A stretch of DNA of 64,000 nucleotides, taken from positions 8,246,001 through 8,310,000 of the forward strand of contig NC_043004.1 of the NCBI RefSeq assembly GCF_006345805.1. The letters are read 5' to 3'. The translations under genes were made by a program, and so were the position numbers. The notes under the pieces are model-generated. The model had not been told where the DNA came from, searched no databases, and worked only from the letters and a program-made list of their open reading frames with translations. The number at the start of each line of letters is the position of its first letter. The stretch's first letter is position 1. This DNA comes from Octopus sinensis. Lineage: Eukaryota. Positions 49,572-63,118 of this stretch are shown here, piece by piece.

Positions 49572-50637
49572 TTCCAGAAATAAAATGTTGAAATTACACC
49601 AGGAAGAGCTGATCCTGTTTGAATGTGACCAATATAGTGTTGGTAAATGTTTTCCAAGAGATAAGGTTTTGAATTTGAGATTTGACGGGTTGGGATGTTT
49701 ACGTAGATTTAAAGGAGGCGTAGTCCAAAAAAAAAAAAAAGAAATAATGATAAATAAAAAGTAAAGTTGAAAATCCCTGTTATGTGTATTTGTTTAATTA
49801 TATGCTACTGTATTAAGCGCTGTATCATATTAAATTTTTGATTAGACGCCTCAGAAGAGGGGGTACTTACGTACCATCAAGAGGGGCGTAGAATAAAAAT
49901 GCGTTAAAAATCACTGTTCTATTATATAATTAGGTATCATTATATAAAATCTGATGATATATCGCAGTTTGATTTATTATTTTGTCTGAACAAACATGGA
50001 AAGGACTATGACTTCCGATTCCCGAGGGACGTCAAAATTCGTTGGTGTGGTTGGTGTCACTAATTTATAAGGTGTATTTCATTAGTGCTGAATCTGACGA
50101 GCAATCGTATAATTGAAAGGAGAAATACATTGGTAAGGCGAGAGAGTCTCCAGGCTAACGATGGCATTCTGGGTAGAAGGAAAGAAAAGCTACTGTCATC
50201 ACTTTATGAAACTCTTCTAAACGGAGCTGATGGGTGCCAGGCCAGAGGTTGTTATATGACAGCAGATAAAGGTTCGTCTTGAATACAAACAAAATTTATT
50301 TAAGCATTTCATTTAATCAAATTTTAATTAGGTTCCCGAAATGTAATACATATAGGTCGAAAGAAAGAAAATATCATTCACTTCGTGGTCGCTAATTCCA
50401 TTTATGATATTACCGAATGTGATGTGACTCAAAGATAAAGTGCAAATGGACTGACGTCTCACTTTCAATTCGAAAGGGTAATTGCATTTTGCATTGGGAA
50501 TAATTCACAATATAGGTCATACGCACAGAAATGAAATTCACTACAGATATATAATTTCATTAAATACGTTGCTAGACACACATTCATAGATTTATGCAGG
50601 CATATAATAATAATAATAATAATAATAGTAATAATAA

Positions 50638-50717
<80 letters not shown>

Positions 50718-50721
<4 letters not shown>

Positions 50722-50908
50722 CACCAGGACTTACAAACACATATAACATACAGAAAATTGCACTACTAGGCACTGCACACATCCTACGCAGAACACTTTC
50801 CATACAATAACCATCAGAGCATCACAACAAATCACAGCACATACCCAAGGCACACAGAGCTGCGCTCGGTAGTGAAGTGAAAGCACGCTATAAAAATAAA
50901 ACTACTGA
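50718..50908 (+). mobile_element. R4/Dong-clade LINE 3' fragment inside (TAA)n
   Basis: KTPGLTNTYNIQKIALLGTAHILRRTLSIQ* (R4-type C-terminus), then a 3'UTR and an (AAT)n tail. Preceded by (TAA)n/(TAG)n. Confidence 0.85.
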
Positions 50909-50914
50909 ATAATG

Positions 50915-50976
<62 letters not shown>

Positions 50977-50994
50977 AAGAAGAAGAAGAAGAAG

Positions 50995-52660
50995 AAGATA
51001 AACAATTTTGTGAAGAAAGCCATGGGGGAATGGGAAACAGACTTTACATGTGTAAATGAATCAATAAATAACGGTAAAATACGCTGGGGCTCACTTCGAG
51101 GAGATTCGCTCACTTCGTTACTCTTCTTCATTGCGCTAATCTCTTTGACAAATATACTGCGAAAATCAAAACCTGCCTATGAGTTTACCAAAACCAAGAT
51201 GAGAATAAATCACCTACATTACATGAATGACCTTAAGATATATACTAAAAGTGAGGCAGGCCTGGATTCTCTGATCGAAACAGTGAGAATATTCAGTTAA
51301 GAAATTAGAATGCAGTTTGAGGCAGATAAGCTCGCAGTACTATCTATGAAGGGAAGCTGGAAGATAATGTCTGATGGCATAAAATTACCACACGACAATA
51401 TAATTCGATCACTGTAGAATAATGAGGAGTAGAAATACCCTGGAGTACTGCAATACCACAAGATAATGGAAAGAGAAATGAGAAAGAAAGTCAATAAAGA
51501 GTAGAAAAGGAGAATTAGGAGGATGCTCGGAGCAAAATGAAATGGAGGGAACATCATTAAAGCCACAAACACATGGGTAATGCCAGTTTGGAGATACTCT
51601 GCTTCCTTTCAGAATTGGGCAAAGATTGAGCTGCAGAACTTAGATAGAAGAACCAGAAAGCAGTTAACAATGCACAATGCACTCCACCCTAAAAGTAATA
51701 CCGACCGATTTTTATCTGCCAAGAAGGGCATCTTGTAGAGGGTTACTGGACGCGGATGGCACTGCGATGCTGGGACTGGAAAGTTATAGAGCGCGGGGTA
51801 AAGAAAGAATTCTTTCAGCAGCCAGAGAGACCCCAAAAGTGACAGAAACAGTAAGAGAATTCAAAGAGAAAAGGAAGAACAACAGAATGAAAAAAAAAAT
51901 GGAACTGCATGGCCAATTCATGCAACAAACCAAGATTTTATAAGTGAAGCTCGCTGGCTTTGGTTGAAAGACAGGAACTTGAAACAAGACAAAAGAATGT
52001 TAATTATAGTCGCTGAAGTATAAGCCTTTAGAACAAAGATCGATAAAACTCAGTCAGACAGCAAATATAGAGAAGAGACGAGGGTATCAGTTACATTTTC
52101 AGAGAGTGTCGTATACTAGCGCAAAACGAGTATAAACGCAGACATGACTGTATAGGCATGACTGTGATAAAAGTGAGAATTATAGGATATTATGGAACTT
52201 CGCCATAGAAGATTGACCATATTATTGAAAAAGAAAAAAAGGCATGATTATAGAGAACAAAATAGACAAACAATGCAAAATCATAGATTTTTCAATTCTC
52301 TATGTTAGTAGAATCAATACCAAAGAAATGGAGGCGGGGGAGAAATGAGAAATATCAGGATCTTGCTAGAGATCTGAGGAGACTTTGACAGACCAAGACC
52401 ACACTAATTCCTGTATTAATTGCTGCGCTTGGCACAACATCCAAAATTCTACCTCAAAGATTGAAAGAAATTAGAATTGAAATTGGAGTTGTTGACCTGC
52501 AGAAAAGTACCATCTTATATTCTGCAAGAATCTTAAGAAAAAATTCTTAAGATTTGAGGAGATTTGTTGTCCCGAAAGCTCAAGATGAAATACCTGCTAG
52601 CTAAATTAGCATATATCAGCGTAACGACAGCAACAACATCAGCAGCAATAGTAATAATAA
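50995..52660 (+). mobile_element. Degenerate 5'-truncated R4/Dong-clade LINE
   Basis: GDSLTSLLFFIALISL..INHLHYMNDLKIY, KYPGVL, NTWVMPVWRYS, LDRRTRKQLTMHNALHPKSNTDRFYLPR, MELHGQF, ECRILAQNEYKRRHD, KYQDLARDL, LQKSTILYSARILR; ends in a (CAA/TAA)n tail. Confidence 0.9.
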
Positions 52661-55600
52661 TCTATGTTTTTTTCTAATTAATTTTGAAATGCTGAAACGG
52701 TTGTAAGTGTAGGTCGGTCTAATATCAAGAAATCTCGTCACGGCCGAGTTATTTCTAAAAGTGTATTAAATGATGTATGAAGATTTCACTTCCGTACTCG
52801 GCATTAACGGTTTTTAAAACCATAAAACACCATTTTCTCATATCGTCGCGTACCCCGCCCCCACCGCCCACGCAACCCGCTGCAGATGAAAGTGAATGTT
52901 TAAATCATTGTCTTTTATAACTGATTTATGATGTTTTAGAAGTTTTTCATGAAAAGCCGAGATATTTACGACAGGTGGAGCTGAAAGATTAAGATGACAG
53001 TTTAATGCTTGAAGCAATAAAATAATGCGAAACCAGTCAACTAAAAGAAAAAAATATTATAGTATTTGTTTATATAAATTCTTTTGAACAAAAAAATGCT
53101 ACGATATATAGAAGGAAATCTAGAGATCTTTAGAAAATTAAAGGAAATATTTAAATAATGTTAAATAAAATGCGAATGAAATTAATGTGAACAAAATGAA
53201 GAAAATAGTGTGGTACTAATTATATTTTTAAATTTCAGGAACATTTTGAATAACCTTAAACTTTACAGTTAATGAAAAACATGATTAGTTTCCGTTCAAG
53301 CTGAAAACCAACGAATTTCTTTTCTAAAAAAAATATAATTTAATACAGAGAGCTTTATAAAGATAATTGTTATATTGGTATAAGGAGATTGAAGTAGCAA
53401 ACAATGGTGTTGTCGTTGTTGCTGTTGTTGTTGTTGTTGTTGTGTAGCCATTGGTCAGCCCTGTTTGGATAGACCCATACTTTAAGAAATTTCTAGTTAC
53501 GGCCATTGTCTTCCATCTTTCGAGACATGTTTTGAGAAAGTAGGGGATATGATTTAAAGCTAATTTAACTGCTGTTTCTAGCAGCTGAGACGACTACACA
53601 GAGTCTGTATAGATGTTTGTGCAGTGGGAAAACTTTGCTATTTTCGGAAGAGGGGGGAAGGGAGGGTATAAACATTGAATCTTTTCGCCGCGGACATTAT
53701 CTGCATAAGTGAACTGAAGTAGCCACAGCTGGGAGTAGTGTCAAGCTTAAAAGTTCACCTCACCAGAACATGATTAGCCTACTAAATGGCACTTATATAG
53801 GATGCCTTTAAATTTAGTGAAAATATCCTCGGATTAGATGAAAGGACCCTGGGGAGCCTTTCTCACGATCACGTTTCGAATTCCATAGTAATGACTAGTT
53901 TACTCTATATACATTCATAACCTCTCTACGTCTACATTGCCTGCAAATCAATAAAACTAATCATCCATTGATGAATAGATTTGCTTCGGCAATTGTTGCA
54001 TTTCTTTGAGATAAATGAAATAATGATTGCCATAATCGAAGCAATTGTTCTTATTTTTTCTGATTCATTCAACTGTAAAACTAAGATATCTGCCAGTTCA
54101 GTTGTGCAAGTCAGCGTATTCGGAGTCTTCTCTCATTAATTTATCTGAATTTAACGGTGTGATGCACAAAACGTAAAAGAGTGGAAAACTTTGCCAAACC
54201 CCTACTTAGATTTCAGATGGAACATTTCCTTTCAACTCCGAGTAAAGTTACGTTCGTACTTTTAAACTTGCTTTAATAACTTTTAATTTATTCATCATTA
54301 ATGAAGTTTGCAAAGTTTGATCTTGTATCACTTGTGAAAAAGAAAAGTAATCATATTATATACACCATTATTTCATCCTATATTTGCAACATAAAGCTTA
54401 TCAGTTTTCTCTTATATACAATTATAAACGTAGAGAAGTGGCCCTTTTCTGCCATTGGAAGCAGTTTGTGTATATATGCTGAAAGGGGACTAACTTTTAT
54501 ATATTAGGCAAATCATTATTGAACGTATGTATAATACGCCATAAAAACACTCTTGTAAATATGGCAGTGGTCAACAAAATTCAGTAACTTTGTCCACCGA
54601 AGAACAATTCTCTTTAATATTTTTATTAACAATTAACACTTCAACAGAAAACTAGTGTCTTCTGATAATTACTGCCAGAATCCCAAGCGCAGGAGTAAGA
54701 ACAGAGTTTGAATCTGCGATTAATACAAATCCAATTCATTTTACCACTACTGCACATAAAGGTCTTACTCTAAAATATATGGATTTATGTTATCATTTAG
54801 GCCGTCATCTGACGAGTCCGATAAGACTTTCAATAGCTGTTTTCCTTTTCTGTGAAATTTTACAATTCTGTTCAAGGATTGAGGGGCAAAACCTCTTGTA
54901 GCCTTACTCCAACCATTTTAGGCATATGATACATAAACAGGTGCGAGCTCCTATAGTTTCGTTCGGAATGATTTTCTTTTCAAGGGTTATTCAACGACGC
55001 AACCGGTCTTCCTTTGCTATTAGCCCAAAGCTACTCTCGCCTACTCTCTTGGGCCCACTTCTGGCTCTCTGCTGTCCACAATAGTTTAACTTAGGACGGC
55101 CAGATACTCAGTTACCATGAGTGACAAAGAGAATGCACTGCAGGATTCTTCCGGATAGAAAGGTTGTGCACCAGAGGAAGGATTCTTATGCAAAGAGGCT
55201 TCCTGGTGGCTGAGGCTGAAAACAAGGAGTAGCGAGCAGAAGCAGCATGCACTAACTACAACTGCTAATTATAAATACTACCACTCCAACACTACTGTCT
55301 AACCACTTCACACTCATCTTGCATACAAGCAGACGGACAAGAATTTCTGTGTCCACGAATTTATGTTTAGCTCAAAGAAGAACAACGGAAAGCAAATTTT
55401 GACACACATTGCATGGTGTAAGCTCTAACGAATGGAAATTGCAATCAGGTTTCGAGTTACAACCGATGTTCGCTACTTATTCATCAGTAATAGTTTTTTG
55501 AAGGGCATATACACCACCACTTCCCACTTCGCCTTTCTCTAAATGTATTTATATTCTGGGCGTTGAAACTTGAAGAACCCTAAGAACACTATATGTTCTC

Positions 55601-57354
55601 TTTAATGGCCTTGAGACTTGTGTGAGGAAAGGAAGAAATGGCACACAGATCAGAGATCTAAGACTTGCAACGACATGCACTCACTAAAGGCACTCAAGCA
55701 CCAGTGTTGAGCTTGGTGCCATTAAATCGAAGACAAATATATAGAACAGTTTCTTCGATGGGTTTCCATAGAATTTCCGTCTCCCAAAGTTTATTCACAA
55801 TATAATTAATCACTGAAGGTTATGACAAAAGATACTTGCCAAAGGACTCCACGCAGTAATATTTAAACTGAAACTGAATTGTAAACGTTTTAATCAGAAA
55901 GCCATGCTTGCCACCAAACACACACGTACACATGCCTACGTCCACCTACTGCTACATAACCCAGACAATGATACAACATAAGGACATATCCTCAAAGCTT
56001 TATACCAGAATATTTTTGTATTTTAGAGAGAAAGCGGGGACTTATGCAGCAAAGAGTATTTCAATATTCTTAGTATTTCGGCTCGATCCTCGAATTCCTA
56101 AGTACAAATCAGCTGTGGTTAATTTTAACTCATCACCATCCGGTTCGATAATTAAGTACCACTAATGTACTTAATATAAATCGTGCATTCCGTAAAACGT
56201 AGTCACTCATATGGGTCTATGTAAGAAGTCAAGACTTTCTTTCCCTTATTTATGGCTGACCGATGAAGTACCCGACGTCTGTCGAACCACAACGAAGTAG
56301 AGATTATTCTAATCCAGAAAGATCCTTTTAACGCTGTTAACCTTTTGACTATAAAGAAAATACTCAATACAACAGGAAAACATTATGACTGAAATAACTT
56401 GAAACAGCTGTCACAGCAAAACATGCAAATAGAATAAAACTGTGTAACCAACAAAAGTAGTAAAAATGTAACTAATTATGCCAATTAGCCCAGTTGCATT
56501 CTAATAAACCTCTAGAGAACTGTAAACTTCTGGAATGAATCCATAGATGATTACTACTATGAAAAGTGTATCAGTTATCATTCCCAATTTTATTCCTTTC
56601 AGAATATAAAAATCTGAGTCCTCATTACTGCCACAACACCAGCGTCGTCATATCATGATCACTTCTACAGTTATAATCTATCATTGATACTCTCAAAAAA
56701 CTCAGAATTCACAGACAAATGTGAAAACCTGTTAGAGATCTTCTGTAAAATATACCGCTTCTGATTTATAAGGTTAGTTAGTTTGAAGTGGACCATATAT
56801 CCACTGGATTGAGTTTTGGCTTCGGTATCCACTCCAATGTTTTGGCCTGCGATAAGGGTCAAGTTCTGAATTCACTTCTATCTTAATTTTCATTTTTGAA
56901 ATATTTTTTAATCAGCATTGAAAACCTAACCAGATGCTTGTCTTCTATTGTACAATACTTTCACTGTTCAACACATTTCCACCAAGCAGGAATGATAATC
57001 CCGTTTTAAAGAAACAAGTAATAAGTGAACTTCAAGACTAATCCAATTCAACGTATTGGCGTTCATTGCATTTTTCATCTGAAATAAGATGTCGTCAATT
57101 TATGGTTGCTACCACTTACTTGAAAGTCTCAGACATCACTGAAGACCGTGCTGTATTCTGTTATCAAGGCTGTCATGTTTATCTACTTACTTCTACCGAA
57201 TGAGTGCAGTCTGGGTGGAAGATAACCTTTCCGAAATTGGTTGTCCTTCTTCTTCTTCTTCTTCTTCTTCTTCTTCTTCTTGAGCTAAATGTCTTGTACT
57301 CTTGATTAATAGCATTTTTGCTAGAGATTACAACACACACACACACGCACACAC

Positions 57355-57437
<83 letters not shown>

Positions 57438-57859
57438 ATATATATACATATGTATTAACACAAAAAGTTAAATTCTGGTCATAGAGTCTTTAAAGGTTTC
57501 GTGTCCATGAAAGCCTTAAATAGATAACAAATGATTGAGACGGAAAATAGAAAATACGAGAAGCCTCATCACTCACAACGATCGTTCCGAACCACCATGT
57601 CTCAATCTCTTGCAGTTGGGATACTGTACAACTGGTTGTGGTGCATCTCTCGGTGCAGACGTGTCTCGTCAGGTGATGTTATAAAAGCTATCTCGTTAAA
57701 TAAACCCTATTCCGTTCGCTTTTAATATAATATGTAGTTTGTGAGGTCAGATTTGAGCTGTTGTACATATATGTATATATAAATACATATATATTCTTTA
57801 TTCCGTTATTCTTTTATATGTTTCAGCCATATTAATTGGCCAATTCTATGTGACTGGCT

Positions 57860-57968
57860 CTTGGTGAGCTGAAGTGTTTTGCTCTAGAACACAACGCACC
57901 ACCCGGTCTAGGAACTGAAATCGCAATCTCACGATCGTAAGTACAACACCTTAACCACTAGGCCATGC
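57860..57968 (-). mobile_element. SINE family C fragment
   Basis: gaagtgttttgctctagaacacaacgc..cttaaccactaggcca. Confidence 0.7.
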
Positions 57969-58540
57969 ACATGGAAAAGCATAATCCGCAGAAATAACGT
58001 TAAAAGAAGACACAGAGTCTCCTCAGTTTGGACTCAAAATTAAAAGATGCGACCACATTCAGCATCATTATATTTATATATTTCTGCAACTCAGAAAGAA
58101 ATATCCTTCCGAGCGTGTTTAATCAAACTCAAAATGATGAACAATAAAAATCAATATCCGAAGATGTTCGAATACGGAAGAAAATGGTGCGCTTTTCGGT
58201 CGGCGTCGGCTCTCAAAATCGCTTGTTAGTTCGTAAAAGTTAGCAGTTGATTGAAAGGATTAGAATAGTTTATTTTTTATTGAATTCACAGTTATGAAAA
58301 TAAAAAGACAACACCAGCTTGATTTGAGGAAGTAAGGCAGATTCTACCAATGCGATTTTTGATGTAAACCCAAAGAAAAAGTCTTTAAATACATGTTCAC
58401 AAGGATAGTGAGGTTTTACAATACTGGAAAAATTAAGTTTCTCTCATGCAAAGCAATTTTTTCAGGGTCACCAAAGATACAAATAAAATTCAAATAAATC
58501 TGTCAGAGAAAAAGAAACATTTTTCTATGAATAGTAAGAA

Positions 58541-58765
58541 TGGTTTTAAATTTTTGGCACGAGGCCAGTAATTTCGGTGTGTGTGTGTGTGTGTGGGGGG
58601 AGTCAATTATATCAATCCTAGTGTTTTATTGGTTCGTATTTTATCGATCCCGAAAGGATGAAAGGCAAGACAACCTCAGAATAATTTGAACTCAGAAAGT
58701 AAAGACGGACAAAATGTTTAGCGGCATTTTGTCCGGTGTGCTAACGATTCTGCCAGCTGTCCGCC
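58541..58765 (-). mobile_element. SINE family A
   Basis: ccgaaaggatgaaaggcaag..tttgaactcagaa..ctgccagct. Confidence 0.8.
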
Positions 58766-60055
58766 TTACTATGAAAACTAATAATGTTTACTAATTTTGG
58801 CTTGGAAGGGAAAAGTAATTTTCTATGGATCGGCTGACATTTATTTTATCGGTTCGGTATTCGTGAAAAGAAAAGTTTATCTCACCAAAACTTGAAGTCA
58901 AAATCTGAGGATTCATAATTGAATATTACAAAACATTTTTGTGTATTTGGCGCTCCTTTAATTCTGTTATCCAGCTTTTCAACGAATCCCCACCCCATCA
59001 ATAAGATCTGCAACAAGAAAAAATATCACATTAACACGATTCGACACCAAACACCCTACTGAGTAAGAATTAACGAATTAGGTTTGATGAATTCAAGAAA
59101 AAAAGAAATATCAAAATTCAATGACAGTGTTAAAAATATATAAAAAAAAGGTTTAAAATATTGAACAAGAATAGCATTAGGACTTGCCATTGAGCTTAAA
59201 AATATCCAACGTTGAATGATATAAAGCAGAGACTAAAAGACATGTTTATATTTTGATTAAAGAGCGAGAGCTGTGTCTAACTGACAGTGTGTGAGATATA
59301 GATCATTTCGAGAAGGAGTGAGAGGTGCAAGGGGAGAGAAGCAGGAGGCGTTAAATCATGTCCACGAAAAATGATAAATTATAGGATTAATCAAAGAATT
59401 TATTCTTATCAAATTTATTCCCACAGAAACGTTCTTCTCAACAGATGCTTTCAGCCCATTTGATAATATAAGATTTTGTCGAATATTTATTTATATATTT
59501 ATACTGAGAGTGTAAGACAGTTCGAATCTATACATACTGTATGGTACCCTTACGATTCTGTGTTCAAACTGTGCCGAGTTTTAAAATGCAGTTTCCATAA
59601 GGCATTAGTATCTTTATAAATGAAACACCGAGAAGAAATGGATGAATTACCAAAAGGTATTTCATTTCATTTATACCTGAAAATACTTTCGGTAAAAAGC
59701 AAGACCACAATAACTTCTATCTGTGTGTGTGTCGTATATGAGTGTTGGACAAAAGCTCATAGCACAAAAGCCTCCTAGCACAAAAGCCCCATAGTTAAAG
59801 TGTGAAAGTGGACAAAGCCCCCCCCCCCCGACATAAGCCCCACGGTCATGGTGCCGAAGTAAACGCTTTCCCTTTTGTTAGAATTCAGACAATATGTACA
59901 TTGAGTAGTAAAGAGTCTTGTGCTCTGTTATTCTGTTCTACTGTTTTTTATTTTCGATTCAATATATTTTGTTTTCTTAAAAGTTTTTTTTTTACAACCG
60001 TGATTTCCGTTTTTGTTTACGTGAAATTATACAAAATTATTTTTAAGATTTGGCT

Positions 60056-60441
60056 ATTATTTCTAGCATGTGGAGAGACCTTCTAGGACAGGCTTAACTT
60101 CATGTGCTGGCTGAAAATCACCTAAAAAAGATTCTGGGGTCGATACATTCGACTAAAAATTCCTCAAGACGGTGCCCCAGCATGGCCGCACTCCAGTGAT
60201 AGAAATAGGTAAAACGATATTTAGAAAATAAAAGAATTGAAGAATAACCAAAAAGTATAACTGAGGGGGTTATTTCTAGTACGTGAAGAGACCTTCTAGG
60301 CTTAACTTCATGCACTGGTTGAAAATCATTAAAAAAATTCTGGGGTCGACACATTCGACTAAAAAAGAAACAGATAAATGGCGGTGCCCCAGCATGGCCA
60401 CAGCTCATTAGCTGAAACTGGAAAAATCGAAAAATCAAAAG
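60056..60441 (+). repeat. Diverged tandem duplication (~213-bp period) carrying SINE-B 3' tails
   Basis: ttatttctag..gagaccttctagg..ttctggggtcga..cggtgccccagcatggcc appears twice. Confidence 0.8.
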
Positions 60442-61065
60442 TAATTTAATTGGTTCTTCCTCTCGCACAGTGGTTGCAAACCTAGAAACTTTACATTTGT
60501 TAATTTTGGAGATGTGACTTTTATCTGTGTTGTTGTTAATAGTGGTGGTGGTGTTGGGGAAGGTGGAATTTTCAAACATGTTGAATCGTCAATTGCATTT
60601 TGAATTTATTTCTGGTTTTCGTGCCCATTGTTGTTGTTGCTGTTGTTTATTGTTGATGTCGATTCTGGTGGTAGTTGTCGTCGCAGTGGTTGTGTTATTT
60701 TCACGTTTTTTTTTCATTTGTATTGTTTTCGACCGTGTTTTTGTTGTTGACTTTTGTCTGTTTATACATTCTCTGTTATCAGGCAGCACCAGAAAATTGG
60801 TAAGGTATTGGCTGTTGGAGCAGCAAACTATCGGCTGGAATTACGAAACTGTCTTTTCTTTTTCTTTGAAAAGTATGTAAGCTCTCTGTTACAATCGTCG
60901 AAGTTCACCTTGAAGGGGAATCATTTCTTAAAATCAACCTCACACTGTAGTAGTTGCTATAGTAACAAAATGGGGACAAAATTGCTTTCTTTAAAACAAA
61001 ACTCGATAACAACTTATGAGTCCCAAAACAATTCTTTTTCTCTTGCAAACGTAAACATAATAATA

Positions 61066-61824
61066 ATGGTTTCAAATTTTGGCACCAGACCAGCGAGTTT
61101 GGGGAGGAACTAAGTCGATAACATCGATCCTGGCACTTTTTTTTAGCGATTCCGAAAGGGTGACAGGCTAAGTCCACCTCGGCAGAATTTGAACTCAGAA
61201 CGTAGCGGCAGACGAAATACCGCTGAGCATTTCGCCCGGCGTGCAAACGATTCTGCCAGCAGCCACAAGGGTATAAATGAGGAGGACTTAGAGTAGCGCC
61301 ATTCACCCTTGCCATATTTGCCACAATCCCCCATCTTTTCACAAATTCGCTGAATGGTAGCACTTCTCTCTCCACCCGAACTTTCTTTTCCAAGGGAAAC
61401 TTAATAATAATCCTTTCTCCTATAGGCACAGGGCCTTAAATTGTCAGTGGGGTGGCTGGTCGCTTATATCAACCCCAGTGCGCAACTGGGACTTATTTCA
61501 TACACCCCGAAAGGAAAGAAGGCAAAGTCGACCTAAGCGTAATTTGAACTCAGAACGTAAAGATGGTCAAAATGCCGCTAAGCATCTTGCCCGTCCTGCT
61601 ATTACACCACCACCACCACCACCACCACCTCCAACAACAACAATGATAATAATGATCCTTTCTACTAAAGGCACAAGGCCAGAAATAGTGGGGAAGGGAG
61701 CTAGTCGATTACATCGACCCCAGTGTTTCACTGGTACTTAATCTATCGACCCCGAAAAGATGAAAGGCAAAGTCGACTTCAGCGGAATTTGAACTCAGAA
61801 CGTAAAGACGGGCGAAATGCTGCC
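61066..61824 (-). mobile_element. Cluster of three co-oriented SINE family A copies (61066-61262, 61408-61600, 61652-61824)
   Basis: Each contains the reverse-complement core ...aatttgaactcagaacgta. Confidence 0.85.
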
Positions 61825-61838
61825 ACAGGGACATCAAT

Positions 61839-62212
61839 AAGAAGATGGAAGAGAAGGAGAGAAGAAGAAGGAGAGAAGAAGAAGGAGGAGGAGGAGGAGG
61901 AGAAGAAGAAGAAGGAGGAGGAGGAGGATGAGAAGAAGAAGAAGAAGAAGAAGAAGAAGAAGGAGGAGGAGGAGGAGGAGGGAGGAGGAGGATGAGAAGA
62001 AGAAGAAGAAGAAGAAGAAAGAAGAGAGAAAAAGAAGACGAAGAAGAAGAAGGAGGAGGAGAAGAAGAAGAAGAAAAAAGAAAAGAGAAGAAGAAAGAAG
62101 AAAGAAGAAGCAGAAGAGGAGGAGGAGGAGAGAAGAAGAAGAAGAAGAAGAAGAAAAAGAAGAAGAAGAAGAAGAAGAAGAAGAAGAAGAAGAAGAAGAA
62201 GAAGAAGAAGAA
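61839..62212. repeat. (GAA)n/(GGA)n polypurine tract
   Basis: About 370 nt of almost pure purine on the + strand. Confidence 0.95.
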
Positions 62213-62720
62213 TTAGTGAGATGGGATGAGAAGCTGTTCATGTCACATGACAACAATTCGGCGATATTTGAAATGTTCGTTGATTGATACTTAACAATTT
62301 GACACACATTTACATCAACGCCTTCAATAATCAGACGTGAGATTTGTTGCCTGCGAACATTTGAAATGGTTCTTGTTATGTTATTCTATCTTTCAAACTC
62401 CAAAACACAGTGAGTAGCAAACATCCATTAAACACACACGAGATACAGAAGTGAACTCCATGAATAAATAAATATTAAATATATTTCCAACAATCATTTC
62501 GATGTTTGTCTTTCTACTCTGCTGTTTCTTCGATGTTTTTTTTTTTTGTTTGGTTTCTTATGTGTATTCTTCTTATTTTGATTGACCAATGAGATCCTGA
62601 CTAATTCAGAAATTCTTTTAGCAGAATATTTTTGTTTTGTGTTCTTCTGTTAATGACAGGTAATCACATAAAGGTGTAGATTGATGGCTTTCATTAGGTG
62701 TTAATATAACTGAACTCCAG

Positions 62721-63118
62721 GGCGGCGAGCTGGCAGAAACGTTAGCACGCCGGGCGAAATGCTTTGCGGTATTTCGTCTGCCGCTACGTTCTGAGTTCAT
62801 ATTTCGCCGAGGTCAACTTTGCCTTTCATCCTTTTGGGGACGACTAAATAAGTACCAGTTACGCACTGGGGTCGATATAATCGACTTAATCTGTTTGTCT
62901 GTCCTTGTTTGTCCCCTCTGTGTTTAGCCCCTTGTGGGTAGTAAAGAAATAGGCATTTCGTCTGTCTTTACGCTCTGAGTTCAAATTCCGCAGAGGTCAA
63001 CTTTGCCTTTCATCCTTTCGGGGTTGATAAATTAAATACCAGTTGCGTACTGGGGTCGATTTAATCGGCTGGTCCCTCCCCTCGGAATTTCGAGCCTTGT
63101 GCCTAGAGTAGAAAAGAA
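62721..63118 (+). mobile_element. SINE family A dimer with imperfect TSD
   Basis: Head, core, tail 1, second core, tail 2. Flanked by tataactgaactccag / tatatctgaactcag. Confidence 0.92.

Noticed and set aside
50094-50120. CTGACGA-GCAAT..ATTG-AAA
   Set aside because: The G of GAAA is used by the stem, and there is no stem III or stem I.
54809-54835. CTGACGA-GTC..GAC
   Set aside because: It is followed by TTTT instead of GAAA, and no other stems are present.
61723-62307. Long charged ORFs (poly-E/K/R)
   Set aside because: They are translations of the GAA/GGA tract.
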